From: Escherichia coli
GTDB taxonomy: Bacteria; Pseudomonadota; Gammaproteobacteria; Enterobacterales; Enterobacteriaceae
Assembly: GCF_030384885.1 (NCBI RefSeq)
Contig: NZ_CP128613.1
Reading direction: 5' to 3' (one strand)
Length of the DNA stretch: 64,000 nucleotides
A program made the translations under genes and the position numbers. The stretch's first letter is position 1; each line of letters opens with the position of its first letter. A model generated the notes under the pieces. That model saw nothing but the letters and a program-made list of their open reading frames with translations, did no database searches and was not told the origin of the DNA. Of the stretch, positions 1-11,845 are shown in pieces.

Positions 1-499
1 AACCTAACGCGCCGACCCAGGTCAGCGGCGCGCTGCGCTGTTGATCTTCCATCGCTCGCGCCAGGTGACGTTGGGTGACGTGGGAGATTTCGTGCGCCAT
101 AACTGAAGCCAGTTGGCTTTCGTTATCGGAATAACGGAACAGGGCAGAGTGCAGCACCACGTTGCCGCCAAAGAAAGCAAAGGCGTTAATTTCGTCGTTG
201 TTGATCAGAAAAAAATGAAACGGTGTCTTAACCGAATTGGCATGCGAAACCAGACGCATTCCTAGTGAATTAATGTACTGCGTTAATAGTGGATCATTAA
301 TTAACGGCGCGCTGCCGCGTAGCTGGCGGACATAATAGTCGCCCATCTGCATTTCCTGACCAATGGAAAGCGTGCTTCCTGCGGAGGTTCCCATATCCGG
401 CAAGGTGTCTGCACTATCGGCAAACGCCGGGGCTACCTGACCAATGGTCATGGCAGCAATGAGGGTAGCAACCAGGTTTTTTTTCAACTGCCTGAACAT
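1..499 (-). CDS. bepA: BepA (YfgC) periplasmic M48 zinc metalloprotease/chaperone, N-terminal ~166 codons; gene continues beyond window start
   Basis: Reverse-strand translation from ATG at 499..497 gives [27 protein letters not shown] (signal peptide) and further in [12 protein letters not shown] (HExxH motif). Absent from ORF track because it runs off the window edge. Confidence 0.85.
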   Translation of the reverse strand, partial: MFRQLKKNLVATLIAAMTIGQVAPAFADSADTLPDMGTSAGSTLSIGQEMQMGDYYVRQLRGSAPLINDPLLTQYINSLGMRLVSHANSVKTPFHFFLINNDEINAFAFFGGNVVLHSALFRYSDNESQLASVMAHEISHVTQRHLARAMEDQQRSAPLTWVGALG

Positions 500-711
500 A
501 ACCTCTGTCCTGTGTTTCTGGAGATAGTCATTTGACCGATACTGTGAAATATCGTTCCCACCGCGCCGCCTTTGAGTGTAACGGCGAAGATTAGTCCACT
601 CAAATGACTTTTCAGTTTCCTGAATTCGTCATAAAAAGCGAAGTCTTTTTTGTGACATTTCGATACAATTGCGGATCGCAATCCCGCTCTTGAGGTTCAG
701 GGAAGGTCTTT

Positions 712-1773
712 ATGCTCGAAATGTTGATGCAATGGTATCGCCGCCGTTTTAGCGACCCGGAAGCGATTGCCTTGCTGGTTATTTTAGTTGCCGGATTTGG
801 CATTATTTTTTTCTTTAGTGGCCTGCTTGCTCCGCTGTTGGTGGCTATTGTGCTGGCCTATTTGCTGGAATGGCCAACCGTGCGCCTGCAATCTATTGGC
901 TGCTCCCGCCGCTGGGCGACGTCGATTGTATTGGTGGTTTTCGTCGGTATATTGCTATTGATGGCGTTCGTGGTAATGCCTATCGCCTGGCAACAGGGCA
1001 TCTACTTAATTCGCGATATGCCGGGGATGCTCAATAAGCTCTCTGATTTTGCCGCCACGTTGCCGCGCCGCTATCCGGCGTTGATGGATGCGGGGATTAT
1101 TGATGCAATGGCCGAAAATATGCGCAGCCGAATGCTCACCATGGGCGATTCGGTGGTGAAAATTTCCCTCGCCTCGCTGGTCGGTTTGCTGACCATTGCC
1201 GTCTATCTGGTGCTGGTGCCATTGATGGTCTTCTTCCTGCTGAAAGACAAAGAGCAAATGTTGAACGCCGTTCGCCGGGTGCTGCCGCGTAACCGTGGTC
1301 TGGCAGGACAGGTGTGGAAGGAGATGAATCAACAAATCACCAACTATATCCGCGGCAAAGTGCTGGAGATGATCGTGGTGGGGATTGCCACCTGGCTGGG
1401 ATTCTTACTCTTCGGGCTGAACTATTCGCTGCTGCTGGCGGTGCTGGTCGGCTTCTCGGTACTTATTCCGTACATTGGTGCATTTGTGGTGACCATTCCG
1501 GTGGTTGGCGTGGCGCTATTCCAGTTTGGTGCTGGCACGGAATTCTGGAGCTGCTTCGCGGTGTATCTGATCATTCAGGCGCTGGACGGCAACCTGTTAG
1601 TACCTGTGTTGTTCTCCGAAGCGGTTAACCTGCATCCGCTGGTCATTATTTTATCAGTAGTGATCTTCGGTGGTTTGTGGGGATTCTGGGGCGTATTCTT
1701 CGCCATTCCATTGGCGACGCTGATCAAAGCCGTGATTCACGCCTGGCCCGATGGGCAAATCGCGCAAGAATAA
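712..1773 (+). CDS. perM: AI-2E family inner-membrane permease PerM (YfgO)
   Basis: 353-aa ORF, highly hydrophobic multi-TM protein; position divergent from bepA and convergent with focB as in E. coli. Confidence 0.85.
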   Translation: MLEMLMQWYRRRFSDPEAIALLVILVAGFGIIFFFSGLLAPLLVAIVLAYLLEWPTVRLQSIGCSRRWATSIVLVVFVGILLLMAFVVMPIAWQQGIYLIRDMPGMLNKLSDFAATLPRRYPALMDAGIIDAMAENMRSRMLTMGDSVVKISLASLVGLLTIAVYLVLVPLMVFFLLKDKEQMLNAVRRVLPRNRGLAGQVWKEMNQQITNYIRGKVLEMIVVGIATWLGFLLFGLNYSLLLAVLVGFSVLIPYIGAFVVTIPVVGVALFQFGAGTEFWSCFAVYLIIQALDGNLLVPVLFSEAVNLHPLVIILSVVIFGGLWGFWGVFFAIPLATLIKAVIHAWPDGQIAQE

Positions 1774-1777
1774 TCTT

Positions 1778-1812
1778 CAGCCCGACGAACTGTTTCGCCG
1801 GGCTGATTTTTA
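1778..1812. terminator. Candidate bidirectional rho-independent terminator between convergent perM and focB
   Basis: Inverted repeat agcccgacgaa / ttcgccgggct with 4-nt loop followed by gattttta. Confidence 0.5.
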
Positions 1813-2658
1813 GGGTTCCTGACGTAAATAAATAGCCCGATAACAAATACTCACCAGCACTGCACCGCCGATAATATTACCCAGCATCACCGGGAGCAGA
1901 TTGGCGGTAATAAAATGGCTGACCGTCAGTGCCGGAAAATTGTCTGCGCTACTGTGCGCCAGTTGCCAGAAGGAGGTAGGGGCGAAATGGCGAATGGCAA
2001 TGGCGAACGGAATCACAAACAAATTGGCGATACAGTGCTCAAAGCCACTGGCGACAAACAGGGTGATGGGCAAAATCATGGCGACGATTTTGTCGCATAA
2101 TGAACGTCCGCAATAACTCATCCACAGCGCCAGACAAACCATCAGATTGCACATAATGCCGAGGCTGACTGATTCAGTAAATGTATGATGCATTTTGCCC
2201 TCGGCGCAGTGTAAAACCGCGACTCCCCACATCGCGTTTTCACTCATCACCAGCCCGGAAAACCAGATTAACAAACTGAAACAGGCAATACCTGCCAGAT
2301 TACCGCAGGCCACCAGAAGTGCATTAATCAGCCATGTTCGCAAGCTAATAACGCCCCGACTTTTTGCCATCACCGTTATTACCGACGAGGTGAACAGGCT
2401 GGTGCCGCAAACCGCCAGCAAAATAAAGCCGAGTGTAAAGCAAAGGCCACCCACCAGATGGGTTAATGCCTGTGAAGACGGGGCATCGGCGATAACGGTA
2501 AGGTAAAAAGTAAATCCGATCGCCATAAACACGCCTGCGGACATCGCCATTAAAAAGACCGACACTTTGCTGCGGGCAATTTTATGGGCGGCAATCCGTT
2601 CAGCGATTGCCGCTTTTCTGGCGCTCAACTGCAAGTCGAAAGAGAGTTTGTTTCTCAT
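1810..2658 (-). CDS. focB: Formate channel FocB (FNT family)
   Basis: 282-aa multi-TM ORF immediately downstream of hyfR on the same strand; matches hyf-operon terminal gene. Confidence 0.85.
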   Translation of the reverse strand: MRNKLSFDLQLSARKAAIAERIAAHKIARSKVSVFLMAMSAGVFMAIGFTFYLTVIADAPSSQALTHLVGGLCFTLGFILLAVCGTSLFTSSVITVMAKSRGVISLRTWLINALLVACGNLAGIACFSLLIWFSGLVMSENAMWGVAVLHCAEGKMHHTFTESVSLGIMCNLMVCLALWMSYCGRSLCDKIVAMILPITLFVASGFEHCIANLFVIPFAIAIRHFAPTSFWQLAHSSADNFPALTVSHFITANLLPVMLGNIIGGAVLVSICYRAIYLRQEP

Positions 2659-2679
2659 GCATACTCCTGCAAAAACAGA

Positions 2680-4692
2680 TTACAACACCTCGCGAACCGA
2701 GATCCCCAGCCGCTGCATTCGTGACAGCAGCGTGGTGCGCTTCATCCCTAATCGCGTCGCCGCGCCACGGGGCCCGGCAACAATGCCATTGGTTTCTCGC
2801 AATACCTGAACAATGCGCTGACGTTCTTCTTCGTCGTTTTCTGGCGTCGTCGGGTTCAGCAACTGCGCCATTGAACGGCGAAGCGCCGAATTTTCATTTA
2901 ACGTTGGCAGTAAACGGCTTTGGCGGACATTAAGATGTAAATTCAGACTGTTACCGCGAGTCAGTAATACCGCTCGCTCAATCACGTTTTCCAGCTCGCG
3001 CACGTTGCCCGGCCAGTCCCACGACATCAACTGGCGTAGCGCTTCTGTTGGAATGGCATCAATTGTGCGATTCATATGGCGAGCCATTTTTTGTGTAAAA
3101 TGTTTTGCTAAAAGAGGGATATCTTCCGGACGGTCGCGTAGCGGCGGCAATTCCAGTGGAAAGACGTTAAGTCGATAAAAGAGATCGCTGCGAAACTGGC
3201 GATCTTCAACCATTTGCCACAAATCACGGTTGGTGGCGGCAATGACTCTGACATTCACCGGGATCGTTCTACTCCCACCGAGACGCTCAATTTCCCGCTC
3301 CTGTAATACGCGTAGCAGTTTGGGCTGAAGTTCTAACGGCAGATCGCCAATTTCATCGAGAAATAACGTGCCGCCATCGGCAATTTCAAAACGACCACGA
3401 TGAGTGTTAATCGCGCCAGTAAATGCCCCTTTGTCGTGACCGAATAACTCACTTTCCAGAAGACTGGCGGGGATAGCGGCGCAGTTGATTTTGACCAGCG
3501 GCTTGTCGCGTCGCGGGCTCAGTTGATGGATCGCCCTGGCGATCACCTCTTTGCCGGTTCCGGTTTCACCACAAATCAACACCGTACTGTCGCTCTTCGC
3601 CACAATATCTACCTGCTGGAGTAAATCTTCCATTGCCTGGCTTTGATAGATAATGTCACCAACGCCCAGATTCGAAAGGAGCTGCTCGCTAAGCTGGTGA
3701 TTTTCTTGCTGTAAACTTTCCTGCAAATCGGTCATGCTGCGCCAGGCATCAGCATTACCAACGGCAATAGCGATGCGATCGGCAATATGTTGTAGTAGCT
3801 GGCAGTTTTCCTCACTAAAGAGAGTGGGAGAGGTATGCGCCAGCAACAATGCACCCGGTGTATGGTTGCCAAAGGTAAGCGGTATAAGGAGCGCAGATTC
3901 GCAGCCGTTAGATGCAAGTAAGTGTAATAACGGGTCGCGTTGCCAGAGAAACAGATCGTCTGCACGGTGCGTCAAGGTCGGTTGTCGGGTTTGTAGCGTT
4001 TGTGTCAGCAATACACTTTCGCCAGGCATACAGCGTGGCAGACACGCACAATGTGAGGCAGAAAGATCGCTGCACCACAGGCTGAACTTCTCGTTCTTTC
4101 GATGATCGCCCAGTACCATACTGACTGAAGCCAGACCGAAAAAATGATGGATCTCACGAGCGACGTCAGCGATCAGATCGTCGAGATCAAGATGTGACAA
4201 CACTGCATTAGTGATATCCACCAGTACCCGATGATGATCGCGATCTTTCTCCAGCAAACGCAGCGCCACCTGCTGTTCTTCATCATTGAGCCATGATTGC
4301 AGAACCGGAGTGATTATGTGTGCCAGCCAGTTAAACAGTGTGCAATCCTGGGGAGTAAAACGACTGCCGTGGGTGCGAATAAAGCGTAGCTCCGCCATTC
4401 CACTACTGCCGAGAAGGACGGCGTGGCGCGAATAATCGACCATCTCGCCCTGATACTCTGTTGTTGCCGTCACATCGCTGCCATCATCATGGTAGCGGTA
4501 ATAGAAGTTGCTTTTGAGAACATGCAGTTCAATAAGTTGTACCGGGCTGAACGGCGGCGGCAGCGGGATGAAGGCGCGTAATAAAGACGCCTTGCCGTGT
4601 TTCTGCGCTAACCGCTCCGCGAGCATTCCGTTTACCGCTTCAATTGTTATTCCTTGTGGCGGGGCAAACATCGCCTCGTCTGACATAGCCAT
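2680..4692 (-). CDS. hyfR: Sigma-54-dependent transcriptional activator HyfR
   Basis: Contains Walker A GETGTGKE and the GAFTGA sigma-54 contact motif (GHDKGAFTGA), C-terminal HTH; start taken at second Met (MAMSDEA). Confidence 0.9.
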   Translation of the reverse strand: MAMSDEAMFAPPQGITIEAVNGMLAERLAQKHGKASLLRAFIPLPPPFSPVQLIELHVLKSNFYYRYHDDGSDVTATTEYQGEMVDYSRHAVLLGSSGMAELRFIRTHGSRFTPQDCTLFNWLAHIITPVLQSWLNDEEQQVALRLLEKDRDHHRVLVDITNAVLSHLDLDDLIADVAREIHHFFGLASVSMVLGDHRKNEKFSLWCSDLSASHCACLPRCMPGESVLLTQTLQTRQPTLTHRADDLFLWQRDPLLHLLASNGCESALLIPLTFGNHTPGALLLAHTSPTLFSEENCQLLQHIADRIAIAVGNADAWRSMTDLQESLQQENHQLSEQLLSNLGVGDIIYQSQAMEDLLQQVDIVAKSDSTVLICGETGTGKEVIARAIHQLSPRRDKPLVKINCAAIPASLLESELFGHDKGAFTGAINTHRGRFEIADGGTLFLDEIGDLPLELQPKLLRVLQEREIERLGGSRTIPVNVRVIAATNRDLWQMVEDRQFRSDLFYRLNVFPLELPPLRDRPEDIPLLAKHFTQKMARHMNRTIDAIPTEALRQLMSWDWPGNVRELENVIERAVLLTRGNSLNLHLNVRQSRLLPTLNENSALRRSMAQLLNPTTPENDEEERQRIVQVLRETNGIVAGPRGAATRLGMKRTTLLSRMQRLGISVREVL

Positions 4693-4721
4693 CAACAGTC
4701 CTTATTAATGAGAAATCCTTC

Positions 4722-5135
4722 TCACGCAATTTTTCTGGCCATCAGATAGATGGACGGTTCCTGCACAATTTCATCCAACAGATGAATGAATTGAATGCTA
4801 CGCGCCTGCCACACAGACGTCGCGTCATCTGCCAGTGGCGCGAATGCCCGGGTCAACAGGGCGGTGTGGCTGGCGTCAATAACAATCTCACCAAAGGTCA
4901 TCACCCCCAGCATCTTACGTCGGGCTTGCTCCTCTTCGACCTGTGCAAGCCAATCTTCGTATTCCGTCTGTGGGCAGCGGAAGGCGACATTCAGACAATC
5001 AATCACGCCAACGTGATGACCGATAGCCAACGAGTAATACATTACCTGGGAGCTGTGTTCCGGCATCTCGTCGCTACTGGCGATAAATTTTTTTCGCAGC
5101 GTCCAGAAAACAATTTCCCCGCACTCCTCAGCCAT
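4722..5135 (-). CDS. hyfJ: Hydrogenase-4 maturation/assembly protein HyfJ (HycH-like)
   Basis: 137-aa ORF between hyfI and hyfR, overlapping hyfI stop by 8 nt. Confidence 0.8.
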   Translation of the reverse strand: MAEECGEIVFWTLRKKFIASSDEMPEHSSQVMYYSLAIGHHVGVIDCLNVAFRCPQTEYEDWLAQVEEEQARRKMLGVMTFGEIVIDASHTALLTRAFAPLADDATSVWQARSIQFIHLLDEIVQEPSIYLMARKIA

Positions 5136-5886
5136 GTAACCCCCGGAGAACGCGAAAGAGTTGCTGAACGATACTATTGAGACGCGGATCGTCGGCTTCG
5201 CGCAACCAGGTGTTAACCCGATTTCCTGTAGGATCGTCGCTTAAATGGCGCAGGAGCCGATCGCAAATTTCTCGCCCCTGACGATAGCCCGCCAGCCGCC
5301 TCGCTTCTCGCTCAATGGCGATACGCTGTGATGGCGGGCTCTGCGGCCACAGCGGTTGCATGGTCACCCCGGTGGGATCGCGATAATCCACCGCGTGAAT
5401 CTTCTGTTGTAGCAAACCGAGCGCCACGGCGAAACCGTGAATGGTGGCGGCCGGTGTTGGCGGGCAGCCGGGGATCCAAACATCAATGGGGACAATGGTG
5501 TCGCTGCCGCCCCAGACGCTGTAAAGATCGTGGAAAATACCGCCGCCGACACCGCACGCGCCGTAGGAAACACAGATTTTATGATCGGGGGCAGACTCAT
5601 ATGCCCGAAGTGCAGGCATACGCATCGCCCGGGTGACTGCGCCAGTAAATAACAAAATATCGGCGTGACGCGGTGATGAAACAACCTTAATGCCAAAACG
5701 TTCTGCGTCGAATACTGGTGTGATGGCGGCAAAAATTTCGATTTCGCAGGCGTTGCAGCCGCCGCAATCGACGCGATAAACGTAGGCCGAGCGACGGATA
5801 TCCTGTAGCAAATGCTGCTTCATCTTTTGCGTTTGTTCGTCCAGCGTGATGGGCTGGCTGACATGTTGCGTAAGCACTGGACTCAT
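5128..5886 (-). CDS. hyfI: Hydrogenase-4 small subunit HyfI (NuoB-like, Fe-S)
   Basis: 252 aa; [12 protein letters not shown] and GCPPTP cysteine motifs typical of NuoB/HycG-type subunits. Confidence 0.9.
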   Translation of the reverse strand: MSPVLTQHVSQPITLDEQTQKMKQHLLQDIRRSAYVYRVDCGGCNACEIEIFAAITPVFDAERFGIKVVSSPRHADILLFTGAVTRAMRMPALRAYESAPDHKICVSYGACGVGGGIFHDLYSVWGGSDTIVPIDVWIPGCPPTPAATIHGFAVALGLLQQKIHAVDYRDPTGVTMQPLWPQSPPSQRIAIEREARRLAGYRQGREICDRLLRHLSDDPTGNRVNTWLREADDPRLNSIVQQLFRVLRGLHG

Positions 5887-6428
5887 AGCTGCTCCTTAGC
5901 CACCAGCGGTTCATCTGTGTCGTCGTTGATCAGCGTCGCGCGTTGTTTGCATTCCGGGCAGACGCTCGCTTGTGCCCACAACATTTCGCGGTTTTGTGGT
6001 GCATTTTGTTGCTGTGCCAACAGTTCTGCAGCCAGTGCGACGGTTTTTTGCGGGGCAAACGGGCGTTCGCAACGGCTGCAACGTTGTAGATGGAACGTCG
6101 CGCGGGTATAGAGATCGGCTTTATTGGTGACGGTCAGTTCAAAGTTATTGGTAAGCTGAATGGCTCTGGTCGGGCACACTTCTTCACAACGTCCGCAGTA
6201 AATACAACGCCCCAGATAGAGCTGCCAGGTGCGCGTATTTTGCTGGTCGTCGGTCTGGATAGTCAGCGCATTTGCCGGACAAGCACAGGCGCAGGCACCG
6301 CAGGCAATACATTGGCTGGGCATCAGGTCCGGTTTCCCGCGAAAGCCTGGGCTGACCTCCAGTGGCGCGAAGGGATATTTCACCGTCGCGGTTCCGGCGC
6401 GCATAATAGTTTTCAGTAACTTCAGCAT
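5883..6428 (-). CDS. hyfH: Hydrogenase-4 2x[4Fe-4S] ferredoxin-type subunit HyfH
   Basis: 181 aa; two CxxCxxCxxxCP clusters ([24 protein letters not shown]). Confidence 0.9.
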   Translation of the reverse strand: MLKLLKTIMRAGTATVKYPFAPLEVSPGFRGKPDLMPSQCIACGACACACPANALTIQTDDQQNTRTWQLYLGRCIYCGRCEEVCPTRAIQLTNNFELTVTNKADLYTRATFHLQRCSRCERPFAPQKTVALAAELLAQQQNAPQNREMLWAQASVCPECKQRATLINDDTDEPLVAKEQL

Positions 6429-6437
6429 TTTCTGTCC

Positions 6438-8153
6438 TTACTTCAGCGGCGAACGGTTACGATCAATGCCGTAGCGTTCGATCTCTTTATACGGCACGGT
6501 TTTTGACTGGCGCTTGCGCACATCAACCAGCGTCACACGGTCGGTACAGGAGTAGCAGGGATCAAGGCTACCGATAATCAGCGGTGCGTCAGAAACGGTA
6601 TTGCCGCGCAGCATGTAACGCAGCACTGGCCAGTTGGCGTAGGTGGCGGCACGACAGCGCCAGCGGAACAATTTTTGGTTATCACCGAGCATGCTCCAGT
6701 GCACGTCTTCACCGCGTGGCGCTTCAACAAAGCCCAGCGCGAATGCGTGAGGTTTATAGCTAAAGCCTTCGGTCAGCAGTGGGGTATCCGGCATGTTGTC
6801 GAGGGCAAATTCCAGCATTGCCAGCGAATCAAACGTCTCTTTGACACGGACCATCACGCGGGAGAAGACATCGCCGCCGGTAAAGGTAAACAGCGTTTTG
6901 GGAATATTGCCGTAGTCGGCGTAGGGGTGATCAAAGCGCAAATCACGGGCAAAACCACTGCCACGGATCAGCGGCCCTACGGGGCTATAATCACGGGCGA
7001 TTTGTCGGTCGAGAATGCCAATGCCCTGAGTGCGTTGTTCCATATTCGGCGTGGCAAGCAGCATCTCTACCAGCTCCGACACGTCGGCGCGCATCTCGCG
7101 CACCAGTTTCATCGTTTGCAGACGTTGCTCTTTGAGAATATCGCGGCGAACACCACCAATCAGATTCAGACCGTAGGTTTTACGCGACCCGGTCAGCAAT
7201 TCCGCCATCGTCATCGACTTTTCCCGCACGCGGAAAAATTGCATAAAACCGGTATCAAAACCAACAAAATGGCAGGAGAGGCCAAGGTTGAGCAAATGAC
7301 TATGCAGCCGTTCGACTTCCAGCAGAATCGAGCGAATAGTATGCGCTCGTTGCGGCACCTCAATCCCCAGTGCATTTTCAACCGAGTTGGTATAGGCCAC
7401 ACTGTGGGCAAAACCGCAAATCCCACACACGCGGTCCGACAAGAAGGTCACTTCGTTGTAGCCCATCCGCGTTTCCGCCAGTTTCTCCATGCCGCGATGG
7501 ACATAAAACAGGCGGTAATCAGCATCGACAATTTGCTCGCCATCCACAAACAAGCGGAAGTGACCTGGTTCATCGGAGGTGATATGCAGCGGGCCAACAG
7601 GGATCACCCGCGCATCGCTGTTGCCCTCGTTGATAAACGGATACGTTTCGGTATCAGTCGTCGGTTCAGGGCGCAGTCGATAATCCATCGCGTCTTTGCG
7701 CAGCGGATGCATATCTTCCGGCCAGTCATCGGGCAACACCAGGCGACGCTGATCCGGCAGGCCAACCGGAATCAGCCCGTACATATCGCGAATTTCTCGC
7801 TCGCCCCAGACCGCGGCAGGGACGCGCGGTGTGACTGACGGAAACTCCCGACTGTCGGCATCGACCAGTGCCTTCACCACGATCCAGCATTTTTCGGCCC
7901 CTTCCATTGAAAGGGCATAATAAACCGCGTAATGACCGTTAAGTGTCCGCTCGTCGTTGCCAAACAGGACCGGAAGCCAGCCATCATGTTGATAATAAAG
8001 ATAATGTACAACGTCAGGCAGCAGATTTATTTTCACCGTAATGGTGACCTGTTCAGGCGTTTGTCGCTCTTCATCCAGCACCGCGCCGGGGAACTGCGTT
8101 TTCAGGGCGGCGAGAATCGCTTCGCCACGATTTGACGATGAATTAACGTTCAC
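6438..8153 (-). CDS. hyfG: Hydrogenase-4 [NiFe] large subunit HyfG
   Basis: N-terminal [11 protein letters not shown] and C-terminal DPCYSCTDR nickel-binding motifs. Start assigned to GTG at 8153 (GGAG 8 nt upstream, MNVNSSS...); the ORF-track ATG at 8198 would overlap hyfF by 56 nt. Start is uncertain. Confidence 0.85.
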   Translation of the reverse strand: MNVNSSSNRGEAILAALKTQFPGAVLDEERQTPEQVTITVKINLLPDVVHYLYYQHDGWLPVLFGNDERTLNGHYAVYYALSMEGAEKCWIVVKALVDADSREFPSVTPRVPAAVWGEREIRDMYGLIPVGLPDQRRLVLPDDWPEDMHPLRKDAMDYRLRPEPTTDTETYPFINEGNSDARVIPVGPLHITSDEPGHFRLFVDGEQIVDADYRLFYVHRGMEKLAETRMGYNEVTFLSDRVCGICGFAHSVAYTNSVENALGIEVPQRAHTIRSILLEVERLHSHLLNLGLSCHFVGFDTGFMQFFRVREKSMTMAELLTGSRKTYGLNLIGGVRRDILKEQRLQTMKLVREMRADVSELVEMLLATPNMEQRTQGIGILDRQIARDYSPVGPLIRGSGFARDLRFDHPYADYGNIPKTLFTFTGGDVFSRVMVRVKETFDSLAMLEFALDNMPDTPLLTEGFSYKPHAFALGFVEAPRGEDVHWSMLGDNQKLFRWRCRAATYANWPVLRYMLRGNTVSDAPLIIGSLDPCYSCTDRVTLVDVRKRQSKTVPYKEIERYGIDRNRSPLK

Positions 8154-9723
8154 TGTGTTTCTCCGAAACAGATGCGGTGCCTGAAGGCAAAAAATCATGC
8201 CAGGTGCTACGTTGTGCAGGCAGGTCGTGCGTCCCTGAGAGGACTATAGTGGAAGCGCCCGCTAGGATCCTGATGACAGGTTGTGGAATATGCGTTCCCA
8301 TCGCCAGCATCATGACCAGCAGAATCACCATTGGCGAGGTGGTCAACCAGCCAAGTTCACCCCGGTTAACGGCCTGCGGCGGTTTCGCCATTAATACCCG
8401 CGCAGCCATCCGTACCAGGCCCGCCAGCACCAGCGTTAACAGCAATAACAGCAGGACGATAATCAACAGGTGATTACGAGCCAGTCCGGCGGTAACGGTC
8501 ATAAATTCGCTAAGAAAAATATTGAAGGGCGGCATCCCGGCCAGCGCCAGCGCACCGCCGCCAAACAGCACGGCGGTAAATGGCATGATTTTGAGCATTC
8601 CGCAGACGACGTTGAGATCGCGTGTGCCGTACTTGAGCAGTACATTGCCGGAACCGCAGAACAGCAGCGTTTTTGCCAGACTGTGGTTTAAGGTGTGCAG
8701 CAGCGCAGCAAAAATTCCCAGCGGCCCGCCAATGCCTAGCGCCACCGCGACCAGTCCCATGTTCTCCACGCTGGAGTACGCCAGCAGACGCTTAATGTCC
8801 CGCTGTACCAGAATGAAAAATGCCGCCACGGCAACCGACAACATGCCGAAGATGAGCAACAACCGGTTGGGGAAATCGCTGCCGATGGCCTGGCAAATAA
8901 TGATGTAATAGCGAATCAGCACCAATAGCGCGCAGTTCAGCAATACGGCGGAGAGCAGGGCGCTGACCGGACTCGGCGCTTCACTGTGAGCATCCGGCAG
9001 CCAGGCGTGCATGGGAAATAGCCCGGTTTTGGTGCCAAAGCCAATTAGCACAAACACAAAGGCCAACAGCATTAATGTTGGGTCAAGCAAGGACGATTGC
9101 TTAAGAACCTCGCTCCAGAATATCGCCATTTCTGCCTGCGGCATAACGCTGGCGGCGTTGGCGTATACCAGCACGGTACCGAACAGACCAAAAGCGACAC
9201 CAACAGTACAAATAATGATGTACTTCCATGCAGCTTCCAGAGATGAACGCTGACCGTAAATGCCTACCAGAAACGCCGAGCTTAAGGTGGTGGCTTCGAT
9301 CGCCGCCCACATCACAATCAGGTTATTGCTGGTAACAACCAGCAGCATGGTGAACAAAAACAGATGGAAGAAACCGTAGTAATCGCACAGCGTAACGGGT
9401 GAAAGCTCGCCGTGAGCCACTTCATGACGCATGTAGCCAATCGAGTAAACACCGGTGAGAAAGCCAATCACACCAAGAATGGCGAGGAACAAACCGCCCA
9501 GACCATCAATATGAAGCCACAGTCCCGCAGCGAATATTTCTCCCGCATCAGCGGCAGTTTGGACCACCCACAGTGCCAGAATCAGCAGCAGTGTGATCCC
9601 TAAGCTATGTAGTACTGTCACCGTGCGAGTCGCAGAGTGTCCCCGTTTCCGGCAGGCAAAACAGAGCAGCGAAAAAAGCAGCGGCGTGAGCAGGAGTAAA
9701 GCGAACATCACAGAATAACTCAT
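8143..9723 (-). CDS. hyfF: Hydrogenase-4 membrane subunit HyfF (NuoL/M/N antiporter-like)
   Basis: 526-aa polytopic membrane protein in conserved operon position. Confidence 0.9.
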   Translation of the reverse strand: MSYSVMFALLLLTPLLFSLLCFACRKRGHSATRTVTVLHSLGITLLLILALWVVQTAADAGEIFAAGLWLHIDGLGGLFLAILGVIGFLTGVYSIGYMRHEVAHGELSPVTLCDYYGFFHLFLFTMLLVVTSNNLIVMWAAIEATTLSSAFLVGIYGQRSSLEAAWKYIIICTVGVAFGLFGTVLVYANAASVMPQAEMAIFWSEVLKQSSLLDPTLMLLAFVFVLIGFGTKTGLFPMHAWLPDAHSEAPSPVSALLSAVLLNCALLVLIRYYIIICQAIGSDFPNRLLLIFGMLSVAVAAFFILVQRDIKRLLAYSSVENMGLVAVALGIGGPLGIFAALLHTLNHSLAKTLLFCGSGNVLLKYGTRDLNVVCGMLKIMPFTAVLFGGGALALAGMPPFNIFLSEFMTVTAGLARNHLLIIVLLLLLLTLVLAGLVRMAARVLMAKPPQAVNRGELGWLTTSPMVILLVMMLAMGTHIPQPVIRILAGASTIVLSGTHDLPAQRSTWHDFLPSGTASVSEKHSER

Positions 9724-9727
9724 CTCA

Positions 9728-10378
9728 TTATCCCTTCAGCGCGGTCAAGTTGTTCACGTCCAGCGTGCCGTGGGTACGCCATATTTTTCTTGCCAGTAAC
9801 ACCATCACAATGACGGCGAAGATGGCGTCGGTAGCGATACCAATTTCCACCAGTTCCGGTGCACGCCAGGCAAGAAGCGCCAGCACCAGATGGGAGCCGT
9901 TTTCCATCAGGCAGTAACCAAAAATTTGCCGCAGGATATTGCGCTGGCTGACAATGCACAGCAGGCCAAGCAGAAAATGACCTAACGCCACCGCCAGCGC
10001 CGGTTTCAGCCCGGTAGCCATCGGTAGCTTCACGGGCTGAACGACAAATGCGCAAAGCAGGACAATTAATGCCGCGAGCAATGCCATCATTGCCGGACCG
10101 AATAACGCTTTTTCCGGGAGGTTCTGGGGAATATTTCGTGCAGCGTAAATCATGATTAACGGTACCATCAGTACTTTGGTGATAAAGGCGCTGGCGGACC
10201 AGATCAGCAGTTGCTCTGCGGCGAACAGGCACGAGAGGGTGGCGAAAATAGACACCAGCACCAGCGACTGGCAGGCGTAAAATCCGCATGACAGGCGATA
10301 GCTTTTGACACTAATCACAAACAGCGATGTCAGCATCATCAGTCCCGCCAGATTATTTACGATCATAGAACCGGTCAT
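9728..10378 (-). CDS. hyfE: Hydrogenase-4 membrane subunit HyfE
   Basis: 216-aa hydrophobic ORF between hyfD and hyfF. Confidence 0.85.
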   Translation of the reverse strand: MTGSMIVNNLAGLMMLTSLFVISVKSYRLSCGFYACQSLVLVSIFATLSCLFAAEQLLIWSASAFITKVLMVPLIMIYAARNIPQNLPEKALFGPAMMALLAALIVLLCAFVVQPVKLPMATGLKPALAVALGHFLLGLLCIVSQRNILRQIFGYCLMENGSHLVLALLAWRAPELVEIGIATDAIFAVIVMVLLARKIWRTHGTLDVNNLTALKG

Positions 10379-10389
10379 TCATCATCTCC

Positions 10390-11829
10390 TTACTGCAACC
10401 AGGTCGCGGCGAATACGCTGGAAATCAGCGACATCACAATCAGTACAATCAACACCAGGCGCATTGATCCTGGCAGCGGTGCGGCATCGGCGACGGCTTC
10501 GCTCGGTTTGCCAGGCACGACGCGACCAAACCAGCGAATAAACCAGGCGAAACTGGCGACCGATTCAATCATCAGCAGAATCATGGCGGGCAGCAGGATC
10601 CAGTACTCCACTGACAACGAAAAACCGGCAGCAAACAGTGGGAATTTACTGAAGAAGCCGTTGAACGGCGGCACGCCAGTAATCGCCAGCGCGGCCACGC
10701 AGAAACCCACGCCTGGCAACGGCAGGGTGTGCAATACGCCACGCAGACGCGGCAACAAGCGCGTGCCGCAGCTGTAACTCAGCGCACCTGCTACAAGGAA
10801 AAACAGGCTTTTAGCGAACGCGTGGTTGACGATGTAGGCGATGCTGCCCTCCAGTGCCAGCCGCGAGCCGAAGATGGAGAGCGACAAGCCGAAGAACATC
10901 CAGCCAAGTTGAGTGATGGTCGACCAGGCCAGCAACCGCTTCATATCCTGCTGCGGCAAATACATCAGAAAGCCGTAAAGAATGGTGACCAGTGCCATGA
11001 CCATGCCAACGCCGCCAATCACATGCGGGATATTGCCGCCGTCGATAATGGCGCGGGCAAAAATGTAAACGCCCACTTTCACCATCGATGCGGCGTGGAG
11101 ATAGGCGCTGATCGGTGTTGGCGCTTCCATTGCATCCGGTAGCCACGCTTGCATCGGTAGCTGGGCCGATTTTCCCCACGCGGCAAACAGGATGCCGCCA
11201 TAAACCAGATAACGTGCGTCGCCGTGTAACTCGCTCATCGCGCTAAGCGCAAACGTTCCGGTCTGCAAAAACAGCGTGGCGGCGGCAAGATACAACCCCA
11301 GCGAACCGATATGAGTGATAAGTAACGCTTTTAGTGCTGAACGTTGCGCTTTATCGCTCTGGTAATAACTGATCAATGCCCAGGAGCAGCCGCCCGTAAT
11401 TTCAAAAAACAACAACTGACCGAGCAGCGTCGAGGAGAGTACCAGTCCCGCCATCGCGCCGATAAAAACCAGCAAAAATGCGTAATAACGATTCGTGCCG
11501 TTATGCGGGTGTTCGCGATTTTTATCCGTCAGATAACCCGTGGAGTAGATCGTGACCAGCAAACCGAGGAACACCACCACAAACAGAATCAGCGTACTCA
11601 CGCGATCAATGACCAGGCCAAACAACGCCACATCCCCCACGTTGACCAACGTCAACGTGACGGCAACTTTATCGGCCTGATAAAACGCGGAGATCAGCGA
11701 CAACATGCACAGCGTGGTCAGCGCGGCGAACAAAATCCCCCATTCGGCGGCCCGACGTTGTGGCGAAAACGAAACGACCAGTGCGCCGATAAAAGGCAGC
11801 AATAACGTCGTCAGAGCAAGATTTTCCAT
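10390..11829 (-). CDS. hyfD: Hydrogenase-4 membrane subunit HyfD (NuoL/M/N antiporter-like)
   Basis: 479-aa polytopic membrane protein. Confidence 0.9.
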   Translation of the reverse strand: MENLALTTLLLPFIGALVVSFSPQRRAAEWGILFAALTTLCMLSLISAFYQADKVAVTLTLVNVGDVALFGLVIDRVSTLILFVVVFLGLLVTIYSTGYLTDKNREHPHNGTNRYYAFLLVFIGAMAGLVLSSTLLGQLLFFEITGGCSWALISYYQSDKAQRSALKALLITHIGSLGLYLAAATLFLQTGTFALSAMSELHGDARYLVYGGILFAAWGKSAQLPMQAWLPDAMEAPTPISAYLHAASMVKVGVYIFARAIIDGGNIPHVIGGVGMVMALVTILYGFLMYLPQQDMKRLLAWSTITQLGWMFFGLSLSIFGSRLALEGSIAYIVNHAFAKSLFFLVAGALSYSCGTRLLPRLRGVLHTLPLPGVGFCVAALAITGVPPFNGFFSKFPLFAAGFSLSVEYWILLPAMILLMIESVASFAWFIRWFGRVVPGKPSEAVADAAPLPGSMRLVLIVLIVMSLISSVFAATWLQ

Positions 11830-11845
11830 ATTCCGTCAGTGCTCC

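Noticed and set aside
484-681. 65-aa ORF on the - strand at the left edge
   Set aside because: Out of frame with, and overlapping, the real bepA start (ATG at 499..497) and the bepA-perM divergent promoter region; bepA is the genuine gene here.
6675-7838. 387-aa ORF on the + strand
   Set aside because: Lies entirely antisense within hyfG, which has strong [NiFe] large-subunit motifs; the product is Arg/His-rich low-complexity sequence typical of antisense frames.
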